Notes: generated by a model from the sequence alone, not told the origin. A DNA stretch of 64,000 nt from an uncultured delta proteobacterium (GCA_963745835.1 CAVUZH010000003.1:160001-224000); one strand, 5' to 3'. Shown: positions 9,242 through 19,278, counted from the first letter of the stretch. Translations and numbers: made by a program.

Positions 9242-10222
9242 ATGATAAACGTCCTAATCTGGCTAGTCTTCCTATTTGTGATCTCCCCTCGAAGCGCTTT
9301 TGCTCAAACGCCTTTCCTGCACAGCTATTCCGGCACGAGCAGCGCGCAACTCGCAATCTGGGCTGCAAAAGATTTGAATTATTTTTCCAAATATCGCCTC
9401 GACGTCGACTTTGTTTTTATCCCGGGCGGAGCGCGCGGGATGCAGGCCCTTGTCGGCGGCAGCACTCAATCGGCAGACAGCGATGGCGTTGCTCCGATAC
9501 ATGTGATGCACCGCGGCGGAGACGCGGTGATCGTGGCAGGCCTCAACAACAAGCCTTTGTTTAAATTCGTCACTCAAAAAGAAATCACCGAGCCTGCGCA
9601 ACTGCGCAGGAAAAGAATCGGCGTCGCCAATTTCGGCGGATCCACTGAGTTTGCCGTCACGATCGCATTGAAGGAATGGAATATTCCAAGAGAGGCTGTG
9701 ACCCTCGTTGCTGCAGGAGGAAGTGGCGTTCGCCTGGCCGCAATGGAAAAGAAAGGTTTGGACGCAACGGTTCTTCCTTATGACCACGCAGCTATGGGCA
9801 GCAAAGCCGGTTTAAGAATCCTGGCGGACATGCCGACCTTGGTGCCGAGTTTTCCCGACAAGGTCATCATTATGCGCCGCTCATTCGTTCAAAAAGAGCG
9901 CGACACGGTTAAAAGGTTCCTACAAGGATTGAGCGAAGCGATCTACGAGATCTCGGTCAGTCCGGAAAAGGGTATGTCGGTGCTGAGTAAACGCTTGAAT
10001 GTAAAAGACCCTAAAGTGATCGAAGAAAATTACAATACGTACGGTCGTCTCTTTGCATTTCCGCCGCGTGTCGGCCGAAAAGGCATGGACGGTGTTTTAG
10101 AGCAGATCCAACAACAGTCAGGTGGCGCAAAATCCGACTTCGAGTTCGCGCGGTTTGTCGATGAAACTATTATTGATGAACTGGAGCGAGAAGGATTCTT
10201 TAAGAGGATTAGCCAAAAATAA
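9242..10222 (+). CDS. ABC transporter substrate-binding protein (SsuA/NMT1-like)
   Basis: Signal peptide ending AFA-Q; SsuA/THI5-like pattern (LRRKRIGV..FGGST). Confidence 0.88.
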   Translation: MINVLIWLVFLFVISPRSAFAQTPFLHSYSGTSSAQLAIWAAKDLNYFSKYRLDVDFVFIPGGARGMQALVGGSTQSADSDGVAPIHVMHRGGDAVIVAGLNNKPLFKFVTQKEITEPAQLRRKRIGVANFGGSTEFAVTIALKEWNIPREAVTLVAAGGSGVRLAAMEKKGLDATVLPYDHAAMGSKAGLRILADMPTLVPSFPDKVIIMRRSFVQKERDTVKRFLQGLSEAIYEISVSPEKGMSVLSKRLNVKDPKVIEENYNTYGRLFAFPPRVGRKGMDGVLEQIQQQSGGAKSDFEFARFVDETIIDELEREGFFKRISQK

Positions 10223-10331
10223 CGCGCCGCCAAAGCCTTGCATCAAAGGCTCGAGCTTCAGTGCAGGATGGACACGCAGACAGGTCCGGCATCTGCTAAG
10301 TGCCGGCGCAATCGCAATTAAAGGAGTGACA

Positions 10332-11384
10332 ATGTTCGGGGTGAGAGTAAATAAGATAATCGGTTCTGTAGCCGTGGCGCTATCGATATTTGTGCTGGTC
10401 GGCAGTGCCGCCGGGCAATCATCGAAGGTGGCTGATTTTTATCGCGGCAAACAGGTGCGGTTTATCAGCGGTTACTCTGCGGGCGGGCTCTTCGATAGCG
10501 CAACTCGCATTATGGCGCGGCACGTGGGCAAGTTTATTCCCGGCAACCCAAGCGTCTGGGTCGACAATATGACGGGTGCCGGCGGTCTGATTGCAACGAA
10601 TTACGTCGCCAAGGCTGCGCCTAAAGATGGCACGGTGCTTCTAAACCTCGACGGCGCGCTCCTGAGGCTACAGGCCTTTAATAACCCCTCGGCACAATTC
10701 GATGCTCGCCAATTTAACTGGCTTACCTCACCGGCCCCCGATCTCCAGGTGTGCTGGGTCGCCAAAGAAAGTGGTTGGACCAGCATCACCCAGGCTCTTG
10801 GCGGCTCTAAAGAGTTGAAGCTCGGAGGTCTTGCGCCAGGTACTTTCCCTTCCGATACCGCGCGAATTCTTCAAGAGGCGCTGGGGATCAAAATAAGGCT
10901 TGTGGACGGTTTCAAGGGCGTTTCCGAGGTGCGACTTGCCACGGAAAGCAACGAGGTCGATGGTTCTTGTTCCTCTTACGAAGGCGTGAAAAGAGCTTTT
11001 CCCAAAGAGTTGCAGGCGGGCGACATACAGGTGATCGTACAGATCGGCGAAACTTCGTGGCCGGGCCTTGAGAAAGTTGCCAACGCGATGGACCTCGCAA
11101 AGACCGAGAGAGCCAAGCAGCTTCTTCGCGTTGCCGTCATCGCTCCCAACGACATCAATCGTCTGTTTACGCTTCCACCCGGCGTGCCGGCCGACCGGGT
11201 AGAAGCGCTCCGGCACGCTTTCGATGCGACGTTCAACGATCCGGAATACAAAGCCGACGTCGCAAAGGCCCGCTTGGTTTTGCGGCCAATATCGGTCGAG
11301 AAGATAAAGGAAGTCGCTTCTTCGTGGTTGGATATGCCCGATGCTCAAAAGAAAGAGTTGCAGCAGATTCTGCAGATTAAGTAA
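10332..11384 (+). CDS. Tripartite tricarboxylate transporter substrate-binding protein (Bug/TctC-like), orphan
   Basis: FYRGKQV..GYSAGG.FD...R and PGNP...NMTGAGG motifs; start at ATG 10332 after AAGGAG. Confidence 0.85.
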   Translation: MFGVRVNKIIGSVAVALSIFVLVGSAAGQSSKVADFYRGKQVRFISGYSAGGLFDSATRIMARHVGKFIPGNPSVWVDNMTGAGGLIATNYVAKAAPKDGTVLLNLDGALLRLQAFNNPSAQFDARQFNWLTSPAPDLQVCWVAKESGWTSITQALGGSKELKLGGLAPGTFPSDTARILQEALGIKIRLVDGFKGVSEVRLATESNEVDGSCSSYEGVKRAFPKELQAGDIQVIVQIGETSWPGLEKVANAMDLAKTERAKQLLRVAVIAPNDINRLFTLPPGVPADRVEALRHAFDATFNDPEYKADVAKARLVLRPISVEKIKEVASSWLDMPDAQKKELQQILQIK

Positions 11385-11426
11385 CCCGTGCATTGACTTT
11401 GCGTCGGTTTAGTCGAGCAGGAGAGT

Positions 11427-12458
11427 ATGATGAAATCACCGAATTTAGAGAATGGCCAGTTGTTGACCGAGGTCAACCATAAGGCGGCAACGGCGCCGTC
11501 CGACAATGTTCTGCACCACTATTGGCATGCGGTAGCGCGCTCGAAAGATGTAACGGACAAACCGCTGCCGGTTAAATTACTCGATCATCCGGTGGTGCTT
11601 TGGCGCTCCGACACAGGCGTAGTTGCCTTTCATGATCTCTGCATTCATCGCGGCACGCCCCTCTCTCTTGGTTGGACTGAAAACGGCAACATCGTGTGCG
11701 CCTACCATGGCTGGCGGTACGGCGCGGACGGAATGTGCAAACACATCCCCTCCATACCGGCCGAGAGGGGAATACCGGCCAAAGCGCGGGCGATCGTTTA
11801 TCACTGCGCCGAAAAGTACGGTTTGATTTGGGTATGTCTAAAAGATCCGGTCGCCGACATTCCGGCATTTCCCCAGGAGATCCACGACCCGTCGTACCGA
11901 TGGGAGGCCTATTCGTCGCACGGGCAATGGAAAGCTAATGCGGCCCGGATGATCGAGAATCTTTTGGACTTCTCGCATTTCACTTGGGTGCACCCGGGAA
12001 TTCTTGGCGATCCTTCAAACGCGGCATGCGAGTCAAGCGAGATCACGGCGGTTCCGGGCGGTTTCCAGTACGAGATCGAGCAGCCGGTAAATCGCTTGAA
12101 AGCAAATAGCGCGTCGATACAGCGCTTCACGGTGATTTTGCCGTTGACTTTGCTCATTGAAAGGCGGCAGCCGGACGGACCCGAAAAACAAACGAACATC
12201 TATTGCTGTACTCCGATGTCCGATAAGGAAACCAGATTTTTTCGCCTGTCCGGTCGGAACTATCGTGATGCGCTTTCTGATGAGGAACTCAACAAAAAAC
12301 ATCAGACGATCTTCGAGCAGGATCGGGTCATCGTCGAGGCTCAAAGGCCGGAGGAACTGCCTCTGGATCTAGCTGAAGAGCTTCATCTGCGCGGTCCTGA
12401 CACTGCCGGGCTGGAGTATCGAAGAGCACTACGCGAGATTGGCGTGAAGTGGGATTGA
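11427..12458 (+). CDS. Rieske non-heme iron oxygenase (VanA/NdmA-like demethylase type)
   Basis: Rieske CIH...CAYH motif; mononuclear Fe motif ENLLDFSHFTWVH and later EQD. Confidence 0.9.
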   Translation: MMKSPNLENGQLLTEVNHKAATAPSDNVLHHYWHAVARSKDVTDKPLPVKLLDHPVVLWRSDTGVVAFHDLCIHRGTPLSLGWTENGNIVCAYHGWRYGADGMCKHIPSIPAERGIPAKARAIVYHCAEKYGLIWVCLKDPVADIPAFPQEIHDPSYRWEAYSSHGQWKANAARMIENLLDFSHFTWVHPGILGDPSNAACESSEITAVPGGFQYEIEQPVNRLKANSASIQRFTVILPLTLLIERRQPDGPEKQTNIYCCTPMSDKETRFFRLSGRNYRDALSDEELNKKHQTIFEQDRVIVEAQRPEELPLDLAEELHLRGPDTAGLEYRRALREIGVKWD

Positions 12459-12564
12459 GTTTTGTCGCTAGCCCGTGACCCTCTACGTGCAATGCTTTGA
12501 GTTATCAACATCGCTGCGAAAGGCTGAGATGTTATTTCAATCCTGAACTGATTCGGAAACTGCT

Positions 12565-12900
12565 ATGGATCGGCTATGCGTCGTTACCGGAGGAGCAAAC
12601 GGCATTGGCGCGTGAATCGTCAGACGCACCTGCACGAAGACGGCTACTGCGTACTGTTTTGCGATGTGGACAAGGAAAATGGAGAACGGCTAGCCGCGGA
12701 TCTAAGTCGTGACAATCATGCGGCGTACTTCGTTCGTTGTGACGTCAAAAATGACGCCGATGTGAGCCGCATGGTCGAGGTTGCAGCCCGGCTTGGGATT
12801 CCACTCTATGGTTGATCAATAATGCAGGAGTATTTCCCAGACGACAGTTTTCGGAAATTTCCTTGCAGAGTGGACTGATGTCATAGCGCCGAACATGTAG
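12565..12900 (+). pseudogene. Decayed 5' fragment of an SDR oxidoreductase
   Basis: MDRLCVVTGGANGIGA followed by an in-frame TGA, frameshifted ...CDV... and LINNAGVFP pieces, then truncation. Confidence 0.75.
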
Positions 12901-12969
12901 AGGGGGCGCGCCCGATTCTGCTAGCGTTCTCCGGATTGACGGCCGCGAAAAACCCGGAAGGAGTTTTGT

Positions 12970-13686
12970 ATGTTCGGATACCGCGCCAGAATAGGATACA
13001 TTTCGCCGTCTGTCATGGAGCTCAACGCCTATGACTTTTACCGCATCGTCCCCAAAGGAGTCGGCCTGATCGCGGTTACATGTATGGTTGAGGGCTGGAA
13101 GGAAGATGCCTATCAACGCGCACTGGCTCAAGTTGAAGCATGCGCCCGGGAGCTTGGCCGCCGCGCTTGCGATTTCATTATTCACGGCGGGGCTCCTTTG
13201 GTCTTGAGTCAGGGAAAGGGTTTCGAAACAAGACTATTGACCCAGCTACAAGAGCTCACCGGTGCTCCGTGCACCACCAGCATTGTCGCAGCCATGGATG
13301 CTTTTCGCGACCTGTCAGCTACCCGATTGGCGGTTGTCGATCCTTATCCAGCCGAGCTTAATGCCAAGATGACCGCGTACCTGAAAGACTGGGGCTTTGA
13401 GGTTGCGTCATTAGTCAGTCTCGGCACGTCTTTTACCGAATCGAGCATCGCATCGATTGCAGATATTTACCGAGCGGCCAAACGCGCCATCAAAGAAGCC
13501 CAAAATCCTCAAGCGATCTTTATACCGTGCGCTAATTTTCCGGTGATCGACGTCATTGAAGATATCGAAACCGATTTTGGGCTGCCGGTCATCAGCAATA
13601 TCACTTCTCAATTGTACGTAGGATTCAAAACTATCGGAATGCGGGAAAGGGTCACCGGATACGGAAAATTAATGCGGATGCTTTAG
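12970..13686 (+). CDS. Asp/Glu racemase-fold protein (maleate isomerase/arylmalonate decarboxylase-like)
   Basis: RARIGYISPS, DPYP and IPCANFP motifs; only the second catalytic Cys is present. Confidence 0.85.
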   Translation: MFGYRARIGYISPSVMELNAYDFYRIVPKGVGLIAVTCMVEGWKEDAYQRALAQVEACARELGRRACDFIIHGGAPLVLSQGKGFETRLLTQLQELTGAPCTTSIVAAMDAFRDLSATRLAVVDPYPAELNAKMTAYLKDWGFEVASLVSLGTSFTESSIASIADIYRAAKRAIKEAQNPQAIFIPCANFPVIDVIEDIETDFGLPVISNITSQLYVGFKTIGMRERVTGYGKLMRML

Positions 13687-13716
13687 TTCAAGCAAGACTC
13701 ACGGAAGGAGCGGACC

Positions 13717-13959
13717 ATGGCGAAGATAAGAGCGGTCATTACGGAAGGGGACCGTCAGAACGGCTACAAGCGAGTTCAGGTATTATTTGGCACAAACTAT
13801 TTCTTGGAAATCGTTGAAAACGACGGCCGAGTCGAGTTTCTGCTAGGAGCGCACCACACCGGATTCAAGGCTGATGCTTCCGAAGTCAACGGCGAACTGC
13901 AGAAGTATATCAGCGAAGTTCAGCAGCGGTATCCGGAAAGCGCCTTCGAGCAGGAATAG
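13717..13959 (+). CDS. Hypothetical 80-aa protein
   Basis: AAGGAG RBS; fills the gap between two co-oriented genes; protein-like composition. Confidence 0.7.
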   Translation: MAKIRAVITEGDRQNGYKRVQVLFGTNYFLEIVENDGRVEFLLGAHHTGFKADASEVNGELQKYISEVQQRYPESAFEQE

Positions 13960-13988
13960 GTAGTGGATGACCCGAAAGGTAGAAATGT

Positions 13989-14705
13989 ATGTTCGGCTGG
14001 CGCGCGAGAATAGGTTACCTTTGTCCCTCCGTGTTCGAAATGATCGCTTATGATTTCTATCGCATCGTTCCGCCTGGAGTCGGCATGATCGGGGTCACTT
14101 GCATGATTGACGGCTGGCAGGATGAGGCGTACAGAACGGGACTGGCGCGGATTAAAGAATGCGCGCTGGAGCTGAGCCGGCGAAAATGTGATTTCATCAT
14201 TCACGCAGGGGTTCCGCTGGTAGTGAGTCAAGGAAATGGCTACGAGCATGAGTTAATCAAAACCATCGAGACACTTACCAATACTCCGGCCACCACCAGC
14301 ATTGTTGCCGGAATGGAAGCACTCAAGGCTCTTTCTGTTCGGCGCATCGGCCTTGTCAATCCATATCCATCTGAATTGAACGCGGCGGTAGTGGCATTCA
14401 TGAAGGGTCACGGATTTGAAGTCGACGCAGTCGTCAGCCTCGGCGCTGATTTCACCCGAATCGGCGACGTCTCAGAAGCCGATGTTTACGCCGCGGCGAA
14501 AAAAGCTGTGAGCCAGTCACCTGACTTGGAAGGTTTATATCTGCCATGCCCGCAGTTCCCGGCGCTGGACGTCATCGATGCGATAGAATGCGACCTGGGA
14601 ATTCCCGCGGTGGGGCACTTAAGCTCGGAAATCTGGATGGCGTTGAAGGTTTTGAAGATCCGCAATCCGATCCCGGGATTCGGCAAACTCCTGACAATCA
14701 TGTGA
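13989..14705 (+). CDS. Asp/Glu racemase-fold protein (paralog of 12970)
   Basis: Clearly alignable to 12970 (YDFYRIVP.GVG.I.VTCM..GW); LPCPQFP. Confidence 0.85.
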   Translation: MFGWRARIGYLCPSVFEMIAYDFYRIVPPGVGMIGVTCMIDGWQDEAYRTGLARIKECALELSRRKCDFIIHAGVPLVVSQGNGYEHELIKTIETLTNTPATTSIVAGMEALKALSVRRIGLVNPYPSELNAAVVAFMKGHGFEVDAVVSLGADFTRIGDVSEADVYAAAKKAVSQSPDLEGLYLPCPQFPALDVIDAIECDLGIPAVGHLSSEIWMALKVLKIRNPIPGFGKLLTIM

Positions 14706-14719
14706 GCACCGGAGGATCT

Positions 14720-15694
14720 GTGAGATCGATAATCGTCAATTGTATCTGCGCGGCAATACTGCAGTTGGCAGGATGGGGTGTTTCCTATGCTCAGGAAATC
14801 CACATGTCTTACCCGGGACTTACCGGTGAGTCTGCGCCGTTGTGGGTGGCCCGGGAAGCGGGATTTCTAAAGGGATATGGCCTCGATGCCAAGCTCGTAT
14901 ATATGGAGGGAGGCCGCTTATCGATCCAAAGTCTTCTCTCCAACACGACCCAGTTTATGGCAGGTGATGCGGTGTCGGCTCTGAGCGCGATTGCCGGGGG
15001 TGCGGACATCGTTTTGCTGGCTTCGGCTAAAAACGTTTTGCCCTATGTCTTTGCAGTGTCCAAGGACGTCCGGCGCGGCGAAGATCTCAAAGGAAAAATA
15101 ATCGCGACCTCGCAAGTCGGCGGAAGAGCGGGAGAGATCGCCCGCATGGTCATCCGCAATATGGGTTTGGATCCTGACAAAGACGTGAATTACCTGGCTG
15201 TCGGCGGGACCATGTCGCGGCTGGCGGCTCTAGGCACCGGCAAAGTGCACGCGGCGCCAATCTCGCATACGGTTGTTCCGATCGCGGAGGAGCGAGGCCT
15301 CAGAATTCTGCAGATCGAACCTATCCCTCTTATCGTCGATGCCCTCTGGACTTCACGGAAATTCGCCGACGAAAACCCGCTGGTTATTCAGAATGTGCTG
15401 CGCGGCTATGTTCAGGCGATAGCCACAATCGTGAGGGACCGCGACAAGTCCTTGGAGATTATGCGCAAGTACATGAGAACTTCAGACACGCGGGTGGTGC
15501 AAGGCGCTTACGAACGCTACAGAGAAGACTTGGACCGAGTACCGATACCCTCGGACAAGGCGATCAAGACGACACTGGAGATAAGCCGTAGAGTGGCTCC
15601 GAAGCTGGCCGGCATGGACATTGATCGGCATATGTATTTTGCTCCGGTACAGAAACTGGCGGCGGAAGGCTTCATCGATAAGTTGTACAAGTAG
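14720..15694 (+). CDS. ABC transporter substrate-binding protein (SsuA/NMT1-like)
   Basis: GTG start after GGAGG; signal peptide; APLWVAREAG and DLKGK motifs. Confidence 0.87.
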   Translation: MRSIIVNCICAAILQLAGWGVSYAQEIHMSYPGLTGESAPLWVAREAGFLKGYGLDAKLVYMEGGRLSIQSLLSNTTQFMAGDAVSALSAIAGGADIVLLASAKNVLPYVFAVSKDVRRGEDLKGKIIATSQVGGRAGEIARMVIRNMGLDPDKDVNYLAVGGTMSRLAALGTGKVHAAPISHTVVPIAEERGLRILQIEPIPLIVDALWTSRKFADENPLVIQNVLRGYVQAIATIVRDRDKSLEIMRKYMRTSDTRVVQGAYERYREDLDRVPIPSDKAIKTTLEISRRVAPKLAGMDIDRHMYFAPVQKLAAEGFIDKLYK

Positions 15695-15727
15695 TCATAA
15701 AACACACGAGAGGGAGGCTTGATAACT

Positions 15728-16075
15728 ATGGCGCGTATTCGTCATCTGGCAATCGTAACCGACAATCGAGAAAGGCTCGTCAATTTTTACACGACCGTTT
15801 TCGGCATGAAGGTAATCGATGGAGTTGGGCCGGCTATTTATTTGTCCGACGGCTATCTCAATTTGGCCATCATCCAAAAGCGCGGAAATTACAAGGAAGG
15901 TCTCTATCATTTTGGTTTTGAAGTAGAAAATATCGAAGAGCTAAAACCCCTGTGCAAGGACCTGGGTGCGGCAAGCGAAATCCAGAAGCGACCGCCCAAC
16001 CGGGAAGCAGAGTATCGAGTTCACGATCCCGACGGCACTCCCATCGATCTCTCACAACACGGCTGGCCGGTTTAA
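15728..16075 (+). CDS. VOC (glyoxalase/bleomycin resistance/dioxygenase) family protein
   Basis: IRHLAI, FYTTVFGM, HFGFEV and DPDG motifs. Confidence 0.88.
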   Translation: MARIRHLAIVTDNRERLVNFYTTVFGMKVIDGVGPAIYLSDGYLNLAIIQKRGNYKEGLYHFGFEVENIEELKPLCKDLGAASEIQKRPPNREAEYRVHDPDGTPIDLSQHGWPV

Positions 16076-16157
16076 TCTATTCTCATTATCGACCGCGCGC
16101 TTTGCATTCAGAACTGAAGCAGTCGTCCGCCGGTCGGCTACATAGATTGACCATGTC

Positions 16158-17723
16158 ATGAGCTCTGAATCGGTAATCCATCGGCCGGTGGTTATGGGCG
16201 TCCATGGCATGGTTGCCACTGGACACCCGTTGGCTTCGGCCGCAGCGCTGGACGTCTTGAAAGATGGGGGCAACGCCGTTGACGCGGCGCTTTGCGCTTC
16301 AGGGGTTCTTTCCGTCGTAAAGTCTTATCACTGCGGTTTAGGCGGCGACGTTTTCGGGATTTTCTATTCAGCGAGGCAGCGGCGCACGCTCGTTCTCAAC
16401 GGCAGCGGGCGCTCTCCGCGACTGCTACAGCGCGAAGCTTATTCAGAGGGCATTCCACATCGCGGCATTCTCGCTGCGAGCACGCCCGGCGCCGTCCATG
16501 CGTGGTTTGAGGCGGCGTCCAAGCTGGGTAGCCGCGCCATGGGCGATCTGTTGAAACCTGCCATCGAATATGCGGACAACGGTTTTCCCGTCTTTCCTCA
16601 TCTTGCCAAAGTGATTCGTTCCTCGTGTAAACCGCTTAGCGCCGATCCGGCGTGGGCTGCGATTTTTCTGCCGGACGGGAAAGCTCCCGATGTCGGCGAT
16701 TTGCTGGTGCAAAAAGATCTGGCAGCGACTTTGAGAGATATCGCAAGCGGCGGACGAGAGGCGTTTTACGCCGGCGACATCGCCAGATCGATCGTTGGGA
16801 AATCGGACGATTGCGGCGGATGTTTTACTCGGCAGGATTTTGCCGAGCACCAGTCGAAGTGGGAGGAACCTCTTTCCGCGACCTACCGGGGTTATCAAGT
16901 ATCTGTGCCGCCGCCGAATTCGTACGGCTTGCTACTTCTGTTGCAACTAGAGGATTTGGCAGATCATGATCTGACAGCATTGGGCCATAACACACCGGAA
17001 TGTGTGGCGCTGCAGGTCAGAGTTAAGGAAGAAGCTTGGCGGGCGGGGCAATCATGGCTCGCCGATCCGGCTCAGTATCGACCCGATGCAATCACCGAGT
17101 TTCTTGATGCTTTTCCACGAAAAAAAGAAAGCCGCGATTTAGCGGGCGGTCTGCAAGATCACGGGAAAAGTACGACGTACATTGCAACTGCGGACAGATT
17201 CGGCAACTGGGCTTCGCTCATACAAAGCGTGCACCAAAGCTTCGGCTGCGGTGTCGTCGTCGATGACACCGGCATCGTCCTGAACAACCGTATGTCAGGT
17301 TTCAATCTGATCCCGGATCACCCGAACGAGCTTGCCCCGTCCAAGCTTCCCGCTCACACCCTGAGTCCGGCGCTTATTCTCAGGGACGATAAACCTGTGA
17401 TCGCCATCGGAACACCGGGTGGGTTGGGCCAGACACAGTTTCTCACGCAGACACTATGTAATATTGTCGATTTCGAAATGAACCTTCAGGAGGCCGTCGA
17501 AGCGCCCCGCTGGCAAAGCGAGAACACGGGTTGCGTGGAGTTGGAAAGCCGAATGCCCCGTGATGTCAGCGAGCGCTTGATCAGCGAAGGCTATAAAGTG
17601 ACCGTTTGCGCTCCGTGGGAATTTGCCTTTGGCGGCGTGGAAGCCATTCGCCTGCATGACAATGGCAAGGTATTTATGGCTGCGGCAGATCCAAGGCGAG
17701 ATGGCTACGCGCTTGGATACTAG
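16158..17723 (+). CDS. Gamma-glutamyltransferase family Ntn-hydrolase
   Basis: GGNAVDAA, nucleophile STT, LNNRM.GF, GTPGG and ADPRRDG motifs; no signal peptide. Confidence 0.92.
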   Translation: MSSESVIHRPVVMGVHGMVATGHPLASAAALDVLKDGGNAVDAALCASGVLSVVKSYHCGLGGDVFGIFYSARQRRTLVLNGSGRSPRLLQREAYSEGIPHRGILAASTPGAVHAWFEAASKLGSRAMGDLLKPAIEYADNGFPVFPHLAKVIRSSCKPLSADPAWAAIFLPDGKAPDVGDLLVQKDLAATLRDIASGGREAFYAGDIARSIVGKSDDCGGCFTRQDFAEHQSKWEEPLSATYRGYQVSVPPPNSYGLLLLLQLEDLADHDLTALGHNTPECVALQVRVKEEAWRAGQSWLADPAQYRPDAITEFLDAFPRKKESRDLAGGLQDHGKSTTYIATADRFGNWASLIQSVHQSFGCGVVVDDTGIVLNNRMSGFNLIPDHPNELAPSKLPAHTLSPALILRDDKPVIAIGTPGGLGQTQFLTQTLCNIVDFEMNLQEAVEAPRWQSENTGCVELESRMPRDVSERLISEGYKVTVCAPWEFAFGGVEAIRLHDNGKVFMAAADPRRDGYALGY

Positions 17724-17998
17724 CCGCAGGGTGGGACCATACGTTCTTGAATTTAGCTGTGCCGTTCCAGGGCCAGGCAATGAAACAAAACAAGATCATG
17801 AATCAGAGGTCCAGACGGCTGTATACTGCGCGACTCGTGCGGGAGTTTACCAAGGCCCTTCATTAGAAGAATCACATCATTGTGCGAGCTCGAACTCAGG
17901 GGCTTGAACCGGCTTTTGACGGTACTCAACTGAGGAACTGAACGCTCACGGTTTTCAGAAGGCTTGCGATTAAGGAACTAAATGCCGAGGAGTTATCC

Positions 17999-19015
17999 GT
18001 GATCCGTCGCTTATCAACTCTCGCAATTGCCTTGCTTATTTTATATCCAGCGACCGTGACGGCGGCGCAAGAGCGGACAAGATTGGTGATAGGCTATTCT
18101 GCAATGCAGGCGCCGGTTGCTCCGCTTTGGGTCGCGCAAGAGCAGGGGTTTTTTACCAAGTATGGTATTGAGCCCGAACTTGTTTTTGTCAGAACTACTT
18201 CCGTTCATATCGCGGGGCTAATTTCCGGTCACATCGATCTCAGCTACGGCGGTGGATCTGGAATTTTACCGGTGGCCGGACGCGGCATCGATTTGCGGTT
18301 TATAGCCTCCTTCGGCAGCCGCCTGACGCATTTCTTAGTAACACGCCCTGAGATACAACAGCCGAAAGATCTGCAAAACAAGCGAATGGGTGTCGTGAGC
18401 GTGGGGGGAACTCAGTGGATTACGACAAAGCTGGGATTGGAATATCTCGATGTTGACGAACAACGGGATAAAATTCGCATGCTGCCTATCGGCGACCAAT
18501 CGATATTACGGGGAGCACTCGAAAGCGGTAACATCGACGCCGCTTTCTTCAACGGCGCTTTAGCCGAGGATCTCAGATCCAAGGGTTTCCGCATCCTGAC
18601 GGATCTGCATTCAGCCAACATCAAGACATTGAGCTCAGGCGTCATCGTTAAAGGAACTTCTCTCCAGAAAGAACGCACTCTCACGACGAACTTGCTTCAA
18701 GCGGTGATCGAAGGGCTGGCATTTGTCAAATCGCCAACCCAAAAACCGAAGGTGATCAGAACCTTGATGGAAAGACTAAAAATCACCGATATGGCGATTG
18801 CGGAACAGGGATACCAGTACTTACAAAGGGATCTCGACATTGGTCTTTATCCTGCGGTTGAGGGATTGAAAAATTTGCAACGTTTTATGCGAACGTATAA
18901 TCCTCGCGTTGGCGAAGTGAACGCGACTGATCTTGTGGATGACAGCGTGGTTAGGGGTCTGATCGACAATGGATTTGTCGAAAGAATATTTCGTAGCTAT
19001 GGGCTGCAGTACTAA
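17999..19015 (+). CDS. ABC transporter substrate-binding protein (SsuA/NMT1-like)
   Basis: Signal peptide; APLWVAQEQGFF.KYG motif. Confidence 0.88.
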   Translation: MIRRLSTLAIALLILYPATVTAAQERTRLVIGYSAMQAPVAPLWVAQEQGFFTKYGIEPELVFVRTTSVHIAGLISGHIDLSYGGGSGILPVAGRGIDLRFIASFGSRLTHFLVTRPEIQQPKDLQNKRMGVVSVGGTQWITTKLGLEYLDVDEQRDKIRMLPIGDQSILRGALESGNIDAAFFNGALAEDLRSKGFRILTDLHSANIKTLSSGVIVKGTSLQKERTLTTNLLQAVIEGLAFVKSPTQKPKVIRTLMERLKITDMAIAEQGYQYLQRDLDIGLYPAVEGLKNLQRFMRTYNPRVGEVNATDLVDDSVVRGLIDNGFVERIFRSYGLQY

Positions 19016-19167
19016 ACAGGTTGTTGAAAAACTCTGGTTGCAGGCTGCTCAAAAAGATCCAGAGGCGAGGCCCGCGAAAAATCGACGAGCTAAGGCGTAC
19101 TTACAGTACGTTGCAGCGAGGCGATTTGAGCGCAACGAAGCATATGGGTCTTTTTCAGCCGCCTGTT
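19015..19167. mobile_element. MITE-like element with 17-bp imperfect terminal inverted repeats
   Basis: AACAGGTTGTTGAAAAA (19015-19031) versus TTTTTCAGCCGCCTGTT (19151-19167), 14/17 complementary. A second end-like copy CAGGCTGCTCAAAAA lies at 19041. Confidence 0.6.
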
Positions 19168-19278
19168 AAAGAGTAATCTCCGGATGTCGTTGGTAACTCG
19201 AACCACTGCGCTCGGGCATCGACGCTCTCTGGATAGAGTCCCTCTTAAAAACCAAAAAGTGAAAGAAGGATCACAAAC

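Noticed and set aside
18969-19169. 66-aa ORF after the SBP gene
   Set aside because: Lies across the MITE-like element and overlaps the SBP end
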